Shown here piece after piece: positions 1-14,000 of a DNA stretch of 64,000 nucleotides. The translations under genes were made by a program, and so were the position numbers. Under the pieces are notes generated by a model that worked only from the letters and a program-made list of their open reading frames with translations, was not told the DNA's origin and did no database searches. Source of the DNA: Gekko japonicus (taxonomy: Eukaryota); the NCBI RefSeq assembly GCF_001447785.1, contig NW_015173122.1, positions 1,437,541 to 1,501,540 of the forward strand, read 5' to 3'. Every line of letters begins with the position of its first letter. The stretch's first letter is position 1.

Positions 1-878
1 CCCCCTTGTGGGTGGTAACAAAAGGTCAAGTGGGCTAGGCGGAAGAGGAAGGCAGCAGGCAGGTTCTGCTAAAGTCTTGTGGATGGGCCTGAGCGCAAGA
101 CACTCGAGCTAGAGGGGTCCGTGTGCAAGCCTGACGCCCCAGGGGCAGCTTCTGCTCTCGAGTGCTGGGAACGGCAGCCACCCTGAGCCGAGTGCTGTGT
201 GTCACGTCCCAAAGCCGGCAGAGCCGGGCATGTGGTTTTCGTGTCTAACCAGCCCAACTGCAGCCTGGCACCCGCGGCTTCCTCCCCAGAGAACTTCTCC
301 CTCGTTTAGAGGAAAGAGACGAAACCTCACGAGCTTGAAATGGAACAGTTTGAGTCAAAATAAAGCCCTGAAGTGGTTTTGGTGACCGGGGTCAAGCAGC
401 GTAGCGTGGGGTAGGAGAAAGAAGCAGTGCAAAGGTTGCCAGTCAAGATGCGAGCAACAGAACCCCAACCTGTGAACTCTTTCTGAAACAGAAAGGGGGG
501 GGGGACAACACCAGCGTGCAACTTTATTAAGCTCAGCCGCAGATCTTTGCGATACTCTCTGAGTGCAGCGCAGCAAGCCAGTGAGCAAAGTACGCAGTGA
601 CAGTGCTGGGGCTCCAAGCTTCTCTGCTGGCCTTTAACATCAGCAGGGTGAGCCAGATTGAGACGGAGCCCTGCATGAGGCCAGCTACCCGGCACTGACT
701 TCCCACCCCCAGTCAACAGCTTTTAAGGGGACTCACCCCTCTGAACAACTACTTTCCTTCTGGAAGCCACCATAGGCCAATCACAGGTGGAATTGGGCAG
801 ACCCTGCCAAATGCCACACCCCAAACCAATCCCTGTACAATGCCATATATCTTCTGCGATGTCATGGGTCCGCCATTG

Positions 879-1133
879 AAAAAGAAGAAGAGTTGAATTT
901 ATACCCCGCACTTCACTTAGGAGTCTCAGAGCGGCTTACAATCTCCTTCCCTTCCCCTCCCCACAACAGACACCCTGAGAGAGCTCTTTCGAGAACTGCT
1001 CCTGAGAGAACAGCTCTGACAGAACTATGGCTTGCCCAAGGTCATCCAGCAGCTGCAAGTGGAGGAGTGGGGAATCAAACCCGGTTCTCCCAGATCAGAG
1101 TCCGACGCCACTCTTAACCACTTCACCTGACTG
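879..1133 (-). mobile_element. tRNA-derived SINE (abundant family, TCT-repeat tail)
   Basis: Matches the copies at 11926, 26748 and 63480. Confidence 0.85.
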
Positions 1134-1853
1134 CAAGTGTCAGTCATGGGTCAGCACAGTCCTCTGATTCAGAGCAGGCAGCCCAAGATCCACATTGGCT
1201 CCTGCCAACTTTCCATCATTCTTGCCATGTACTTTCTTGGCTCGCAGAGCCCTAGTCCCAGTTGCCTGCATCCTTGAAAGTCTACACTGCATGTGTCCAG
1301 AGTCCGAAAGATAGCTCTTCCCTGGGCAGGAGATGCACACCTTCCCCCTGGGTGCCGTGCTTCACATTTAATTAGCGGCATCGCCCCTTCATCCCTCACT
1401 GGGAGCACAAGGCAGCGGGAGACATCTGATGCAGGGCGGCAAATGCAGCTGCCAGAAACACAACCGTCACAGCCCATGTGGGTCATTCTAACCATGCTGA
1501 AAACCTTCCTCCATCAGAAGTGGCAAACCTGCTCAGCTTGGGAGATAGAAGCTATCGGGGAGCCTGTTCTTGGCAGACTGAATCTGGGGCCTTGTACGTA
1601 TGTGGCGGCCCTGCTGCTGGAAAACGGGCTGGCCAGAAAGCTAGCAGCAAGAACAGCCACAACGCTGCCGCTACCGTGCCTGTCCTGGGCACGGAGGGCT
1701 GTCTCCGCACGGCAGCCTGTCTTGCATAACAAGAGGAACAGCACCACACAGTGGCAGAAGGGAACACTGCCCAACCACCCCCTCAGGCTGCCCAGAGGCC
1801 CTGTGAATAAAATCTCCAGAGAGAAAGCCGCCTCCTGTCACCATGAGACTCAC

Positions 1854-2048
1854 ATCGCTGGGGCTCAGGCTCCCAAGCCCGTTGTCTTGCTCAGAGTCTC
1901 GGCCAGACTCGTGGCCCTGGGAGGAGCGAGTGTGGGAAGGATGGATCCACAGCTCCAGGCGGGTGGCATCGTCACCAACGGGCCGGAATGCGGCGTTCTT
2001 CCCCTTCCCCCTCCGGCTGGGGCTTGGTTTCTGTTCCACCTGCTCAGC
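1854..2048 (-). CDS. SMG6: SMG6 exon 8
   Basis: AEQVEQK...GDDATRLELWIHPSH...DSEQDNGLGSLSPSD; GTGAGT donor. Confidence 0.93.
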
Positions 2049-5000
2049 CTACACCGAGGAGAGGAGAGACACAATCAGAGCAGGTGTCACCGAGGGAGAG
2101 GGCACTAACAGGGTCCCGGAAGGAGGTCGAGAAAGGTCCTTCTTCCCCTCACCTTCCGCTTGATCTCTTCAAAGAGGCTCATGAGGCTTTCCTTGGCAGT
2201 GAGGATGGGGTTGCTGGCAGCCAGGCTACGCATGTAGTAATACACGGCATCCAGCTTCCTCCTCTGCGGATAAAGAATCAGACAATTGTTACAAGAACTG
2301 GCAGAGTCTCACTCGGGACCCCTCCAGAGACGCCAGGCTCAGGGGACCTTGGGGCTCTCCACTCCAAAGAATCAACCACGCACACCCCTCCAGCACCAGT
2401 GGAGCAGAAGGGAATGGAGGGAAACCGGCAGGGAAAAGGGGGCTTTGATCTGGAAGGTTTTTTGACAAGCAACCTGCACATGCCGAGACGTCTCATTCAG
2501 AGCCACGCTTGTCACCCGACAGCAGGTCTAACCAATCACAACTTGACATATCTTTATAAATGCTATGGAGCTCAGGTAATTCAGGTTTCAACTGTGGCTA
2601 TTAGCCACAAGGTATAGATAGGGACTCCGGGGCAAGTGATGCTCTATATTCTTGGTGCTTGGGGGTGGGGGTCAATAGTGTGGGGGCTCCTAGTGTCCTG
2701 GCCCCACTGCTGGACCTCCTGATATCACCTGGTATTTTTGGCCACTGTGTGACAGAGTGTTGGACTGGATGGACTGTTGGCCTGATCCAACATTGGCTTC
2801 TCTTATGTTCTTACGTATCTTACCGTGTAGACAGCCAGGAGAGCCAACTGATTGTAGGGGCGTCCATTCTTGGGAGCAACATGCTGTGCCTTCAGGTACC
2901 AGCTGGGGAAGAAAGAGACTGTAGAACTGACCAACTGGCCTTTGTCAAGACTAGGGACAGGAAATTGTGGCTTGCAGGAATTAACTCCAGTCAGTAGGCT
3001 GGTACTCTTTGGGTCCACCCTGTGATAGCGCCTACAGGATGCCATCGCTCCCTTTTACACCTGCAACTACTACCATGGGTACCTAGATGGCGCTATCGTC
3101 CTCTTGGCTTTCAACTCCCATCTCAAAAACTGCCTTTTCCTTCACCCATCGGTTTAATCAATTACATTTACAGCATCCCAACTTTCTTCCACAACAGAAC
3201 TCAAGGCAGCATGCGGAAGGTTGCACGTCCAAGCACTGACCAGACCTTAGCCAGCTTAGAAAGGTCTAGAAAGGCAGCTGCGCCTTGGACCTTCCAACGG
3301 TGCCTTTGGCTTCCCCTTTTTCCTTGGCCACAGCTGTAATGAAGACTGGCAGTCCGTGTGACTGCATATGTTCACATTCATCCCTACAATCCCTCATCAC
3401 ACCCTTGTGACTTCCCTCTACTGCCTTCTATACTATTGAAATTGCAAATGCGTGCTCCTTGGGGCCAGGGGCCTCTCTTCTGTTGCTCATGAAAGCAGCA
3501 GACACATTCAAATGTGCCCACGTACAACTGATTGCTTGTAAATGCTGTCAAACTCCTAAGCCCAACTACTAAAGTCGATTTGCTGAGCAGTGCCCAGCTC
3601 CATTTAACCCTCTTGTTCTTCCTCGTGGCGCACAGACCTGTTACCCACGTTCTATCTCCTTTACAGCCTCCTGCCTGCCCAGTACGGCCAATCCCAGGAT
3701 CAGCTGGGGCCAAAACCACACCAAGATGCCTCCAGCCGCATTTTGCAAAGCAGCGGCCTTTCCCCTCACCTGCGTGCTTTCCCGTAGTTGGCCGTGTCGC
3801 TGCCTTGCTCCCTGTACCTGCAGATGTCCCCTTGGCAGATCAGGCTCCTCTGGGCGCTGATGAGGGCGTATTTCACCTAGCAAAGGCACAGACAAGAAGC
3901 CATTGTGGATGCCAGCGGGTGGTCGGCAACCAGATCACTGCTGATGGAAGGCTCAAACCAGACAGGGAGGTGGCCTCCGACAGAAACTCTCGCATGGTAA
4001 AGGGAGCAAAAAGATATGGAGGGTCCAAAAGGGTACAGGCAAAAAGACATTTGCACATTTATCTGGAAAGCACCTTGACTGTGCCACCTAGCAAACGTTA
4101 TCACTTGAGAAGAGGCAGAGCTCAGCACTAGACCTACAGATGGCCAGCTGGAGGAAACAAACAAACAAAAAGAGTAGCTGTCGCGGTGTGCTTGGCCTGA
4201 GGAAGAGAAGAAGAAGAAGAGATTGGATTTATACCCCACCCTTCACTACTCAAAGGAGTCTCAGAGCGGCTTACAAACTCCTTTCCCTTCCCCTCCCCAC
4301 AACAGACACCCTGTGAGGAAGGTGGGGCTGAGAGAGCTCTGACTGAGAACTGCTCCTGTGAGAATAGCTCTGAAAAAACTTGTGACTGACCCAAGGTCAT
4401 CCAGCAGGTGCGAGTGGAGGAGTGGGAAATCAAACTCGGTTCTCCAAGATTAGAGTCCACGCACTTAGCCACTACACCAAACTGGCCCTTCTCATGCGAC
4501 AAGGAAAGGTGTCGATTCCCCCAGGCAATCTGCCTTCTCCCAGGTGGGAGGTACAAGGCTGCCTCAGGAGAAAAACAGGTTGCTTACCTGTAACTGATGA
4601 TCTTCGAGTGGTCATCTGTGCAGTCCACACACCATGGGTTTTATGCCTACGTCAAACCTCCGTCGGGAAGCCTAATAAGCTTTAGCAACAGCTTCCAAGT
4701 GCGGAGTCCTCCACAGCAGTGTTCCCTCTAAGCTGAGTTAGTGTGAGCTAGCTCACAGTTTTTTAGCCTCCGGCTCACACATTTTTGTCTTAGCTCAGGA
4801 AAGATGGCTCCAGAGCAAACTAATTCATGCAGTAGCCAAATTGCTTGCTCACAGCTTTAAAGCTAATCGTTCACAAAGTAGAATTTTTGCTCACAAGACT
4901 CCACAGCTTAGGGGGAGCATTGCTCCACAGTCTCGTGCAGCACGCTCCATCTGAGCATGCTCAACAGCCCTGGCGGACTACGCCCCCACTCAGTTCTTTT

Positions 5001-8000
5001 TTAACCGCCTCCTGAGAAGAAGATTTTGAGTGCTTTTTGCCGGAGCAGGACGGTCTTTTAAGCGATTTGTCCGCTTTTTCCTTTTGCTGCCCGGTAACGG
5101 CCGCAGCACGTTGCGCCGAATCTCCCCTTTCTAACTGTGGGGGAGGCGGCGATTGCCCCTTTCCTGCTGTCTCGGCCATTGTAGGGGCGAGGGACTGCTC
5201 TAACAAAAACACTTTCAGGCAAGCCGCCCTATTCTTCCTCGCCTGACTAGTGAACCTCAGGCAGTGGTGACAGGAGCCGGGTCTGTCTTCCTCCCCCAAG
5301 CAGCGCAAGCAACAGCTGTGGCCATCCGTTAGGGGGAGATTCGCTGCACAGCGCAGACACCTCTTAAAATAAGGCGTGGGTCCCATCGACCAACCCTTGC
5401 CCAGGTTAATGACTGATATGTGAACAGACAATTAGCATTTACTTTGTTACAGTTGAGGAGGCTTCCCCGGAATGACGGGGAAAAAATGTCTTCTCAGGAG
5501 GCGGAGTCTGCCGGGGCTGTTGAGCATGCTCAGATGGAGCGTGCTGCACGAGACCGTGGAGGACTCCGCACTTGGAAAGCTGTCGCTGAAGCTTATTAGG
5601 CTTCCCGACGGAGGTTTGACGTAGGCGTAAAACCCATGGTGTGTGGCCTGCACAGAGACCACAAAGAAGATTTTGTTAGCTAGACTGCCATGTGGCTGAG
5701 CGGGCTGCTTTGGGCCCGGAACTCTCTATGCACACAAAGCTTTGGGGCTTACTTGGGTGACGTACCTAAGATGGTTTACTGGGGACAGATGCCCAAATCC
5801 GGGTCCTTTCCAAGTGTTGCCTTCTCACCCCGGCCTTCACCCTGTGCCACACTCTGCATCACCATCTTCTTGTGCTCTGCGCTTGCCACTCCCGTTCCCG
5901 TAGCCTCACAAACCCTCTCAGTCTTGCTGCCTGTCTCGTTTTGATCGCTCTTACAGACTCTACTGGATGCCCTGACCCCTGCCGCTGCAACAGGTACCTG
6001 CTGCTTGCTCTCCCCGGGCTTCTCACTTGAGTTTCTTTGGGTTCACCTTCCCAGTCCCAGTCCTTTGGTTTTTCATCTTGCAGCTGTTTTACATCCCCTC
6101 CAGGTCTCGCCCACTTCAGATTCACCTCTCGCTCTCTCTTCTGCTAAGCGAGCCTCTTTCATTCGCTTTTTCTCTCCTTTTAATTTACTTCTCCGTGCCC
6201 TCCCCCCTTCTTCCCCTTCAAGCTCCTGTAGCGCAACCTTATGGATATCTAGTCAGAAGTCAGTCCCACTATGCTCAACAGGGTTCACTCCCTCTTAAAT
6301 GCGCTCAGGACTGCAGATTTGGTCAGCTATTTGCAGATAAAATTTGGCTCTCACGGTCAATGCTCCCTCTAAGCTGTGGAGTCTTGTGAGCAAAAATTCT
6401 ACTTTGTGAGCTACTGGCATTAAAGTTGTGAGTGAGCCATTTGGCCGCTGCATCAATTAGTTTGCTCTGGAGCCATCCCCTTCCTGGGCCAAGACAAAAA
6501 TGCGTGAGCCGGGGGCTAAAAAACTGTGAGCTAGCTCACACTAACTCAGCTTAGAGGGAACACTGCTCACGGTCCTCATTTCCCTCCTTCTGCTGACTCC
6601 TCTGGACCACTGTTGTCCCCCTTTCTCCTTGTTCCCACATTCAATGATCCCTTTTCTGTCCACCTCATTCAAACATCTACTTCCTTCCTTCCTTCCTTTA
6701 TTTATTTATTACATTTGTATCCCGTCCTCCCCAGCGGGCTCAGGCACCACCCCCTATAGAGGGTGGTGGCTCAGGGCAGCTAACAGAGGCAGGTCGTTCG
6801 CCTTGCCATAAATAAGAACATATAAAAACATAATAAAAACATCCATACTAAAAGCACAGTACTCTATCCAGTTACTAGTATCCTAGATCCAAGATGGTAT
6901 CACCACAGTTCCAGATGGTACTCCCGTAGCGTACATATTCAGTGGCGACGGCTTGTCAGATCTTCTGTATTTTCTAAGTTCTTCCTCAGGCCTTGTCGAT
7001 GCATCCATTAAGATGTCTTGACGTTGGTGGTATAGTGGGGCGGCGGCTCCTACTCAAAAGCCTGGCGGAAGAGCTCCGTCTTGCAGGCCCTGTGGAACTG
7101 CACAAGGTCCCGCAGGGCCCGGATCTCCCCCGGGAGCTTGTTCCACCAGGTAGGAGCCGCCACCAAAAAAGCCTTGGCCCTGGTCACAGTTAGTTTGGCA
7201 TCCTTAGGGCCCGGGATGACCAATAAATTTTGGGCCCCCAACCGTAGTGCTCTTGGGGGAACATGTGGGGCAACGCGGTCCCTCAGGTAGGCTGGCCCCT
7301 GGCCATATAGGGCTTTATAGGTAATAACCAGCACTTTGAAGCAGATCCGGTACGCTATCGGCAGCCAGTGCAGCGCTTTCAACACAGGCTGAATATGGTC
7401 CCTCCTAGAGAGACCCATCAACAGCCTGGCTGCAGCATTCTGCACCAGCTGCAGCTTCCGGATCTGCGACAAAGGCAGCCCCATGTAGAGAGCATTGCAG
7501 TAGTCTAGCCTTGAGGTGACCGTCACATGGATCACTGTGGCCAGGTCATCGCAGTCAAGGTAGGGGACCAACTGCCGTGCCCACCGAAGGTGGTAAAAGG
7601 CTGACTTGACAGTGGCTGCCACCTGGGCTTCCATTGTCAATGTGGAGTCCAGGAGCACCCCCAAACTCCTAACCCCAGACCGGTCCGACTCAGGCCCAGG
7701 ACCTCTGTCTTCGCCGGATTTAGTTTCAATCGGCTCAGCCGGAGCCAACCAGCCACGGCCTCCAATCCCTGATGAAGGTCATTGGGACTCGAGTCCGACC
7801 GGCCACCCAGCATCAGACAGAGCTGGGTGTCATCTGCATACTGATGGCACCAAAGCCCATAACTCCGGGCAATCTGGGCAAGGGGGCGCATATAAATGTT
7901 AAATAGCATCGGGGACAACACCGCGCCCTGAGGCACCCCGCAATCAAGGGGGTACCTATGCGATCGCCGGTCCCCGACGGCCACCCTTTGTCCCCAATCT

Positions 8001-11000
8001 TGTAGGAAAGAGGCAAACCATTGAAGGGCAAGCCCCTGAATCCCCACGTCGGCGAGGTGGTGGGTCAGCAGTTGATGATCGACCGTATCGAACGCGGCCG
8101 ACAGATCTAACAACAGCAGTGCCGCCACACCTCCTCGATCCAGATGTCGTCGAAGATCATCAGTCAGGGCGACCAAAGCCGTCTCAGTCCCATGACCAGG
8201 GCGAAAACCGGACTGGAAGGGATCGAAGACTGAAGCGTCCTTCAGAAAGCTCTGTAGCTGTAGTGCCACCGCCCTCTCAATAAGTTTGCCCAAATAGGGC
8301 AAATTGGACACCGGCCGATAGTTAGCCAATTCGGCTGGGTCTAGAGATGGTTTTTTAAAGAGAGGGCGGACCATCGCCTCCTTGAGCGCACTCGAGAACT
8401 GCCCCTCCGAGAGGGACTTGTTGATAATCTCCCGTAGTGTGCCTCGTAACCCCTCGTGTCCTGCTTTAATGAGCCAGGAGGGGCACGGATCAAGGTCACA
8501 TGTGGTTGGGTGTACAGATACGAGCAGTCTGTCAACTTCGTCCAGACTGAGCGTATTGAAACACTCTAAACCTGGTACCGAAGACGTGCAAGGGGCCTCG
8601 AGTTCGCTCACTGTCTCAATTGTGGCGGGGAGGTTGCGGCGCAGCGCCAAGACTTTATCTGCGAAGAAGCTTGCAAAAGCCTCACAGCCAATATCCAATT
8701 CTCTAACGTTTCGCCTGCCCTGAGGCAGGTCTGTCAAAGTCCAAATTGTCCAAAATAGTTGGGCCGGGCGTGAGCTCGCAGATGCAATTTCGGCTGTAAA
8801 GAAATCCTTCTTAGCAGACTTAACTGCCATCTCATAGGATCTCATAAACGTCCTATAAGATGCTCTTGTCGCCTCGTCGCGAACGCGACGCCACCGTCTC
8901 TCTAGTCGTCTCAGTTCTCGTTTTAGCTGCCTCAACTCCTGGGTATACCAGGGTACGCGCCAAACAAGAGTGCGGAGAGGATGCCTGGGAGCGGTCTCGT
9001 TGATGGCCGTGGAGAGTCGGACATGCCAGTCCTCCACTAGCTCATCCAACGAGCCGCCAGGGGGCCTTGGATCCCGCAAGGCCATCTGGAACCGCACCGG
9101 GTCCATTTGGCTTTGCGGGCGAGCAAAAATCTGCTCACCGCCCAAACAGGGTTGAGGTGGAATGTTCAGACGGGCCTTCAGGGCCAGGTGGTCCGACCAT
9201 GGCCCTGCCTCTGCAGTGATCCGCCCCACCTCCCCCCCCGCCACAAAGATCAAATCGAGCATGTGACCGGCCCGATGCATGGGGGCCCATACAAACTGCG
9301 AGAGTCCCAGCGCCGCCATGGGTGACACCAGGCCCGTAGCCCGGCTGGAGGTCACGTCCTCAGCATGGATGTTGAAATCACCGAGGGTGATCCAACGCCC
9401 AGCCTGCTACGGCCTCCAGCAGGGACGGCAGACTATTGGCCGGTGCATTAGGCGGTCGTTACACTAGCCAAATCGCCAAACTCTCCTCAGCCCCCAGCAG
9501 CACGCCAATACATTCCACGCCCGCGATCTCCACAGCCGGGAGTGCCCAGAAGGAGTAAGCCACCCGAATGAAAACAGCCACCTCTCCCCCCCGCCCCCAA
9601 GTCCATGATTGGTGAAGGACCGAGTAACCCGGGGGGGGGGGGTAACTGGGTAAGAGCCAAGGTCTCCCCGTCCCTCCCCCAGGTCTCGGTCACGCACGCC
9701 AGGTCCGCCTGATGTTCAGTCACAAAGTCCCGTAGGGTTGTGACTTTGTTATTAATGGACCTGGCGTTGCGCAACACCAATGACGGAGGGGGGTCCATCC
9801 TGGCCCCACTGCCAGCCACCCTTGGGATGGGCCGTAGGCTGGAAGGGCACCGAGCTCTTCTGTGTCTCTGCATCCTTCCCTTATTACCCTGCCTACGCCC
9901 ACCGTTAAACTTACCCCGCCCCAAGAGCACCGGAATATGCTGGCCAGGCATTGCTACCGCCGTCAGTTTATGTAAAAACTTCAAACCACTGGTAGTCAGC
10001 AAATGCTAACCGTCACGAGCTGGCCACAACTACTCCAATGCTACCACTAACATAACACACACAATAACAACTCTCTACTCTGCTACAAAACCCTAAAGAT
10101 TGTACTAGAAATCTTCTACAATGTCACCTCAGCAGCTACCAGTCTCTCACCATGGTGACATAAACTAACTATCTTACAATCAAATATACATATACAAATT
10201 TAGCAGACAAAAATCCTCAATCTAACTCCCTGGCATCCACAGTTATAGTACTCCAGCTCTGTGAGAGGCAGCAGGATCCTAACGTCCTTCCCAGTAGAGC
10301 CTTCCTTCTCTATTACACCTTTTAACCCCTCTTTCCTGCTGCTTACGCTGCTTGTTTTGAATCTATTTTTGTTTCTCCCATCTTGAAACTCTCCCTCAGC
10401 CCCTCCCCCCTTCCCTGTCATTCTCTCTTGGCATGATCATTCCAACAGTTCTTGAACATTCTGTTTTCTTTTCATCACAATTTTCATTCTTGGCTTTCCA
10501 ACCAAGCTGCTCGTTTTGTTTCCTGCTTGTGAATTCATGGGGCTATTCTTGATTTTTCTGGAGCCCGTCCCCCTTCTGGTTAGGAGCACAGACTCTAATC
10601 TGGGAGAACTGGGGTCTGATTCTCCACTCCTCCCCATGCAGATGCTGGTGTGACCTTGGGTCAGTTACAAGTTCTCTCAGAGCTGTTCTCTAACAAGCAG
10701 TTCTCAAAAGAGCTCTCTCAGCCCCACCTACCTCACAGGGTGTCTATTGTGGGGAGGGGAAGGGAAAGGAGATTGTAAGCTGCTCTGAGACTCTTTTGTG
10801 TGGGCAAGGGTCAGCGATTAGGCACACCTATCCTGATTTTAACCCATATTTCCAGACTCTGTAAACATCTGGATTGATCAGTAACTCTGATCAATCCAGA
10901 GTCCTGACCTTTGCACATCCTGGACCTGTGGGCATGTTAAAGAAGGTAGCTCATTAATTATTGTACTATGTAAGCATCCTTAAGACGTCCTCCCTAAAAT

Positions 11001-14000
11001 ATCTGTTTTCCTGTTTCTGTACGTGCAAGTCCCAGCCTCACCTCCCGGTGGGTGGGTGGGGGCAGAGTGTGTATAAAATAAACTATTGCTGCCTTGAAAG
11101 GCAGACAGATTTCTCTGCCCTCAAGAGAGCTGTCTCGTGTGATTCCTTCACTTCTGAGTAGTGAAGGGCGGGATATAAATCCAATCTCTTTTTCTTCTTC
11201 TTCTTACCCATCTTGAAACCCTTCTCTCCTTATAACTGTTTAAGCAATACTTGAAAATGTGTCACTTCTTTCAAGCTTCTGGCCTCTAAACTCTGAAGCC
11301 AACCTTCTCCTCTCCCTCCACTCCCCTTTGCACCCCTTTCTGGCTGGTAAGCCTGCAGGCTATTTGTCCTTTGAATAGATGTTCAGACATGACACCACCG
11401 CCACCATCAAATAAACCCCAGTCTAAATAAGACACGGCCATACTTATTGCACCTGATACCTTCCCTTCCCTGGCCAAAATTTCTGATCCGTGATGCCATC
11501 CCGGCCGGAGGAGGAGGAGAAGAGATTTGATTTATACCCCGCCCTTCACTACCCAAAGGATTCTCAGAGCGGCTTACAAACTCCTTTCCCTTCCCCTCCC
11601 CACAACAGACGCCCTGTGAGGTAGGTAGGGCTGAGAGAGCCCTGACAGAAACTGATCTTTTTCAAGAACAGCCGTGCCAGAACTATGGCTTGCCCAAGGT
11701 CATCCAGCAGCTGCAAGTGGAGGAGTGGGGAATTAAACCCGGTTTTCCAAGATTAGAGTCAGCGCACTTAACCACTACACCAAACTGGAATCAACTCTAA
11801 GAGCAAAACTAGACATGATTGCTTCCTTGTGGCTGCCACAAGGCCACCGCTGCCACTTTTAAGTGATCTGAAATTGCTGCAAGAACCCATTCGTAATTCA
11901 GTCCAAAGGACAGGCCCCCCCATACCCAGTTTGGTGGAGTGGTTAAGTGCGCGGACTCTAATCTGGGAGAACCGGGTTTGATTCCCCACTCCTCCACTTG
12001 CACCTGGCTGGATGACCTTGGGCAAACCGTAGTTCTGATAAGAGATGTTATTCAAAAAGATCAGTTTCTGTCAAGAGCTCTCTCAGCCCCACCTACCTCA
12101 CAGGGTGTCTGTTGTGGGGAGGGGAGGGGAAAGGGGTTTGTAAGCCGCTCTGAGACACCTTTTGGTAGTGAAGGGCGGGGGATAAATCCAGTCTCTTCTT
12201 ATTCTTTCTGAGTGTCAAAACCACAGGGTGAACAAGGGTGCAAGGGAGAGCAAGATCGGGCCCTCATAACCTCTTTAAATCACTTTGAAATGGCAGCAGT
12301 GTCCCTACAGCAGCCACAAGTGTCCCTGTGCCATGTCAAGTAAACCCTCAGGAACAGCCCTGCAAGGGTCCTACTTGGCTGCCACCTAGGCAACTCCCCC
12401 CTCCCCCTGCCTGTAGCTGAAACAAGCCCTGCACCTCTTTTTCTGGCCAGGAATGGCCTCAGGACTCACCATCTTCCGCAGGGGCTTGCTGCGAACTGCC
12501 ATGCCGTCCATGTAGTCCTCCAACTTGAACTGGTATGATACTTGCAGCTTCTGCAGCAGGCCATCGAAGAAAAGTGTGCCCTGTGAAGGGGAGAAAGGCG
12601 TCAGGAAGAGAGGGAGACTCTCTGCACCTAGTTCAAGCGCCCCTGGTGGGTGATTAGTGTCCAAGACAGCCACGAGCATCTCCAGCTCAAAGGTCCTTAA
12701 TGCTCCTGATTTTTTGGGGGGTGGGTGGGATCAGAAGGCAGACCACTAACCAATTTACAGAGGACCGCTTCACCTCCGTTAAGATTCATGCCAAGAACAC
12801 TACTGTCGATCTGATCCGGCAAGGCACCTCTTACATCGTTCAGCATGAATGACAACATTCGCATGTTGAACTATTGACTGCCAAAAGAACCTGAACATGC
12901 TGTCTTGGTTTATACATCTGTAGAGAAATACATTGTCTCCTGGAAGGCTGGCAATGAGCAAGGCCTTCACGGTACAGTTTAACCATTTTTTCCCCTCTGA
13001 ACTAGGAACAAGCAGGAGGGGGAGGAAATTAGCCCATGGCCTTCCAGGCGCATTTCTTAAGATATGTTAATAGATCTAGCAGGAGAGACAACAGGGTGGG
13101 CCAGTTCTCCCTCCCTCCTCCTACCAGGGAACAGAGATTTGGAAGATTAGAATGCTAGATAATCTCCAGGGATATTCCCCAAGAAGGGGCTGGGAGAAAT
13201 ACTTCTCTGAACTGGCCTGACCAGGTCAAGTTGGAGGGACAAAGAGAGATAATAAAACTTCCTTGCCACCGAAAGTAGGCTCTCTTTCTTTGGGGTGCTG
13301 TGTGGAGGGGAACTCAGCTCTGGTCTGCAAGCAGGGAGCCACTGACCACATGGTCTCCTGGGAGAGTTGGAGCAAGCTTTGAGGTAATAGCAACTTTGTA
13401 GAGATTTTAACTAGCTATGCTTAAAAATCCTATAGAATCATAGAATCACAGAGTTGGATGAGACCTCCAGGGCCATCTAGTCCAACCCCCTGCACAATGC
13501 AGGAAATTCACAAATACCTCCCCCCCCTCCACATCCACAGTGACCCCTGTTCCATCTGTCCTATTTTAGCAGCTGGTAGGGCATGCGGTGGCTCAAGTGG
13601 TTAAGACGCTGAACTGCAGGCTGTGGAAGGTCAGTAGTTCAGCAGTTCAAGACCCGGGTGCCGCAAAACGGAGTGAGCTCCCGTCTCTAGTTCCAGCTCC
13701 TGCCAACCTAGCAGTTCGAAAGCAAGAAATTGCAAGTAGATAAATAGGGATCACTTCGGTGGGAAGGTAACAGCGTTCCGTGCGCCTTGGTGTTTAGTCA
13801 TGCCGGCCACATGACCACGGAAATGTCTTCGGACAGCGCTGGCTCTTCGGCTTTGAAACGGAGATGAGCACCGCAACCCTAGAGTCGGATTCGACTGGCT
13901 TTCGAGCAAGGGAACCTTTACCTTTACCTTAGGGCATGTATAAAGAGAGGGACAGAAGATTTCCACTTTTTACCAATTTCTTTTCTATCCCTTGCTCAAA

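Noticed and set aside
1293-2617. Long plus-strand ORFs (271 aa and 209 aa)
   Set aside because: Antisense to SMG6 exons 7-8 in GC-rich DNA; no recognisable domain.
11926-12000. tRNA genes at TGGTGTAGTGGTTAAG...GGTTTGATTCCCC motifs
   Set aside because: Each continues into a shared SINE body and tail, so these are SINE heads.
12920-13350. Possible solo LTR (AATAAA near 13251, ends CCACA)
   Set aside because: No convincing paired termini or TSD could be defined.
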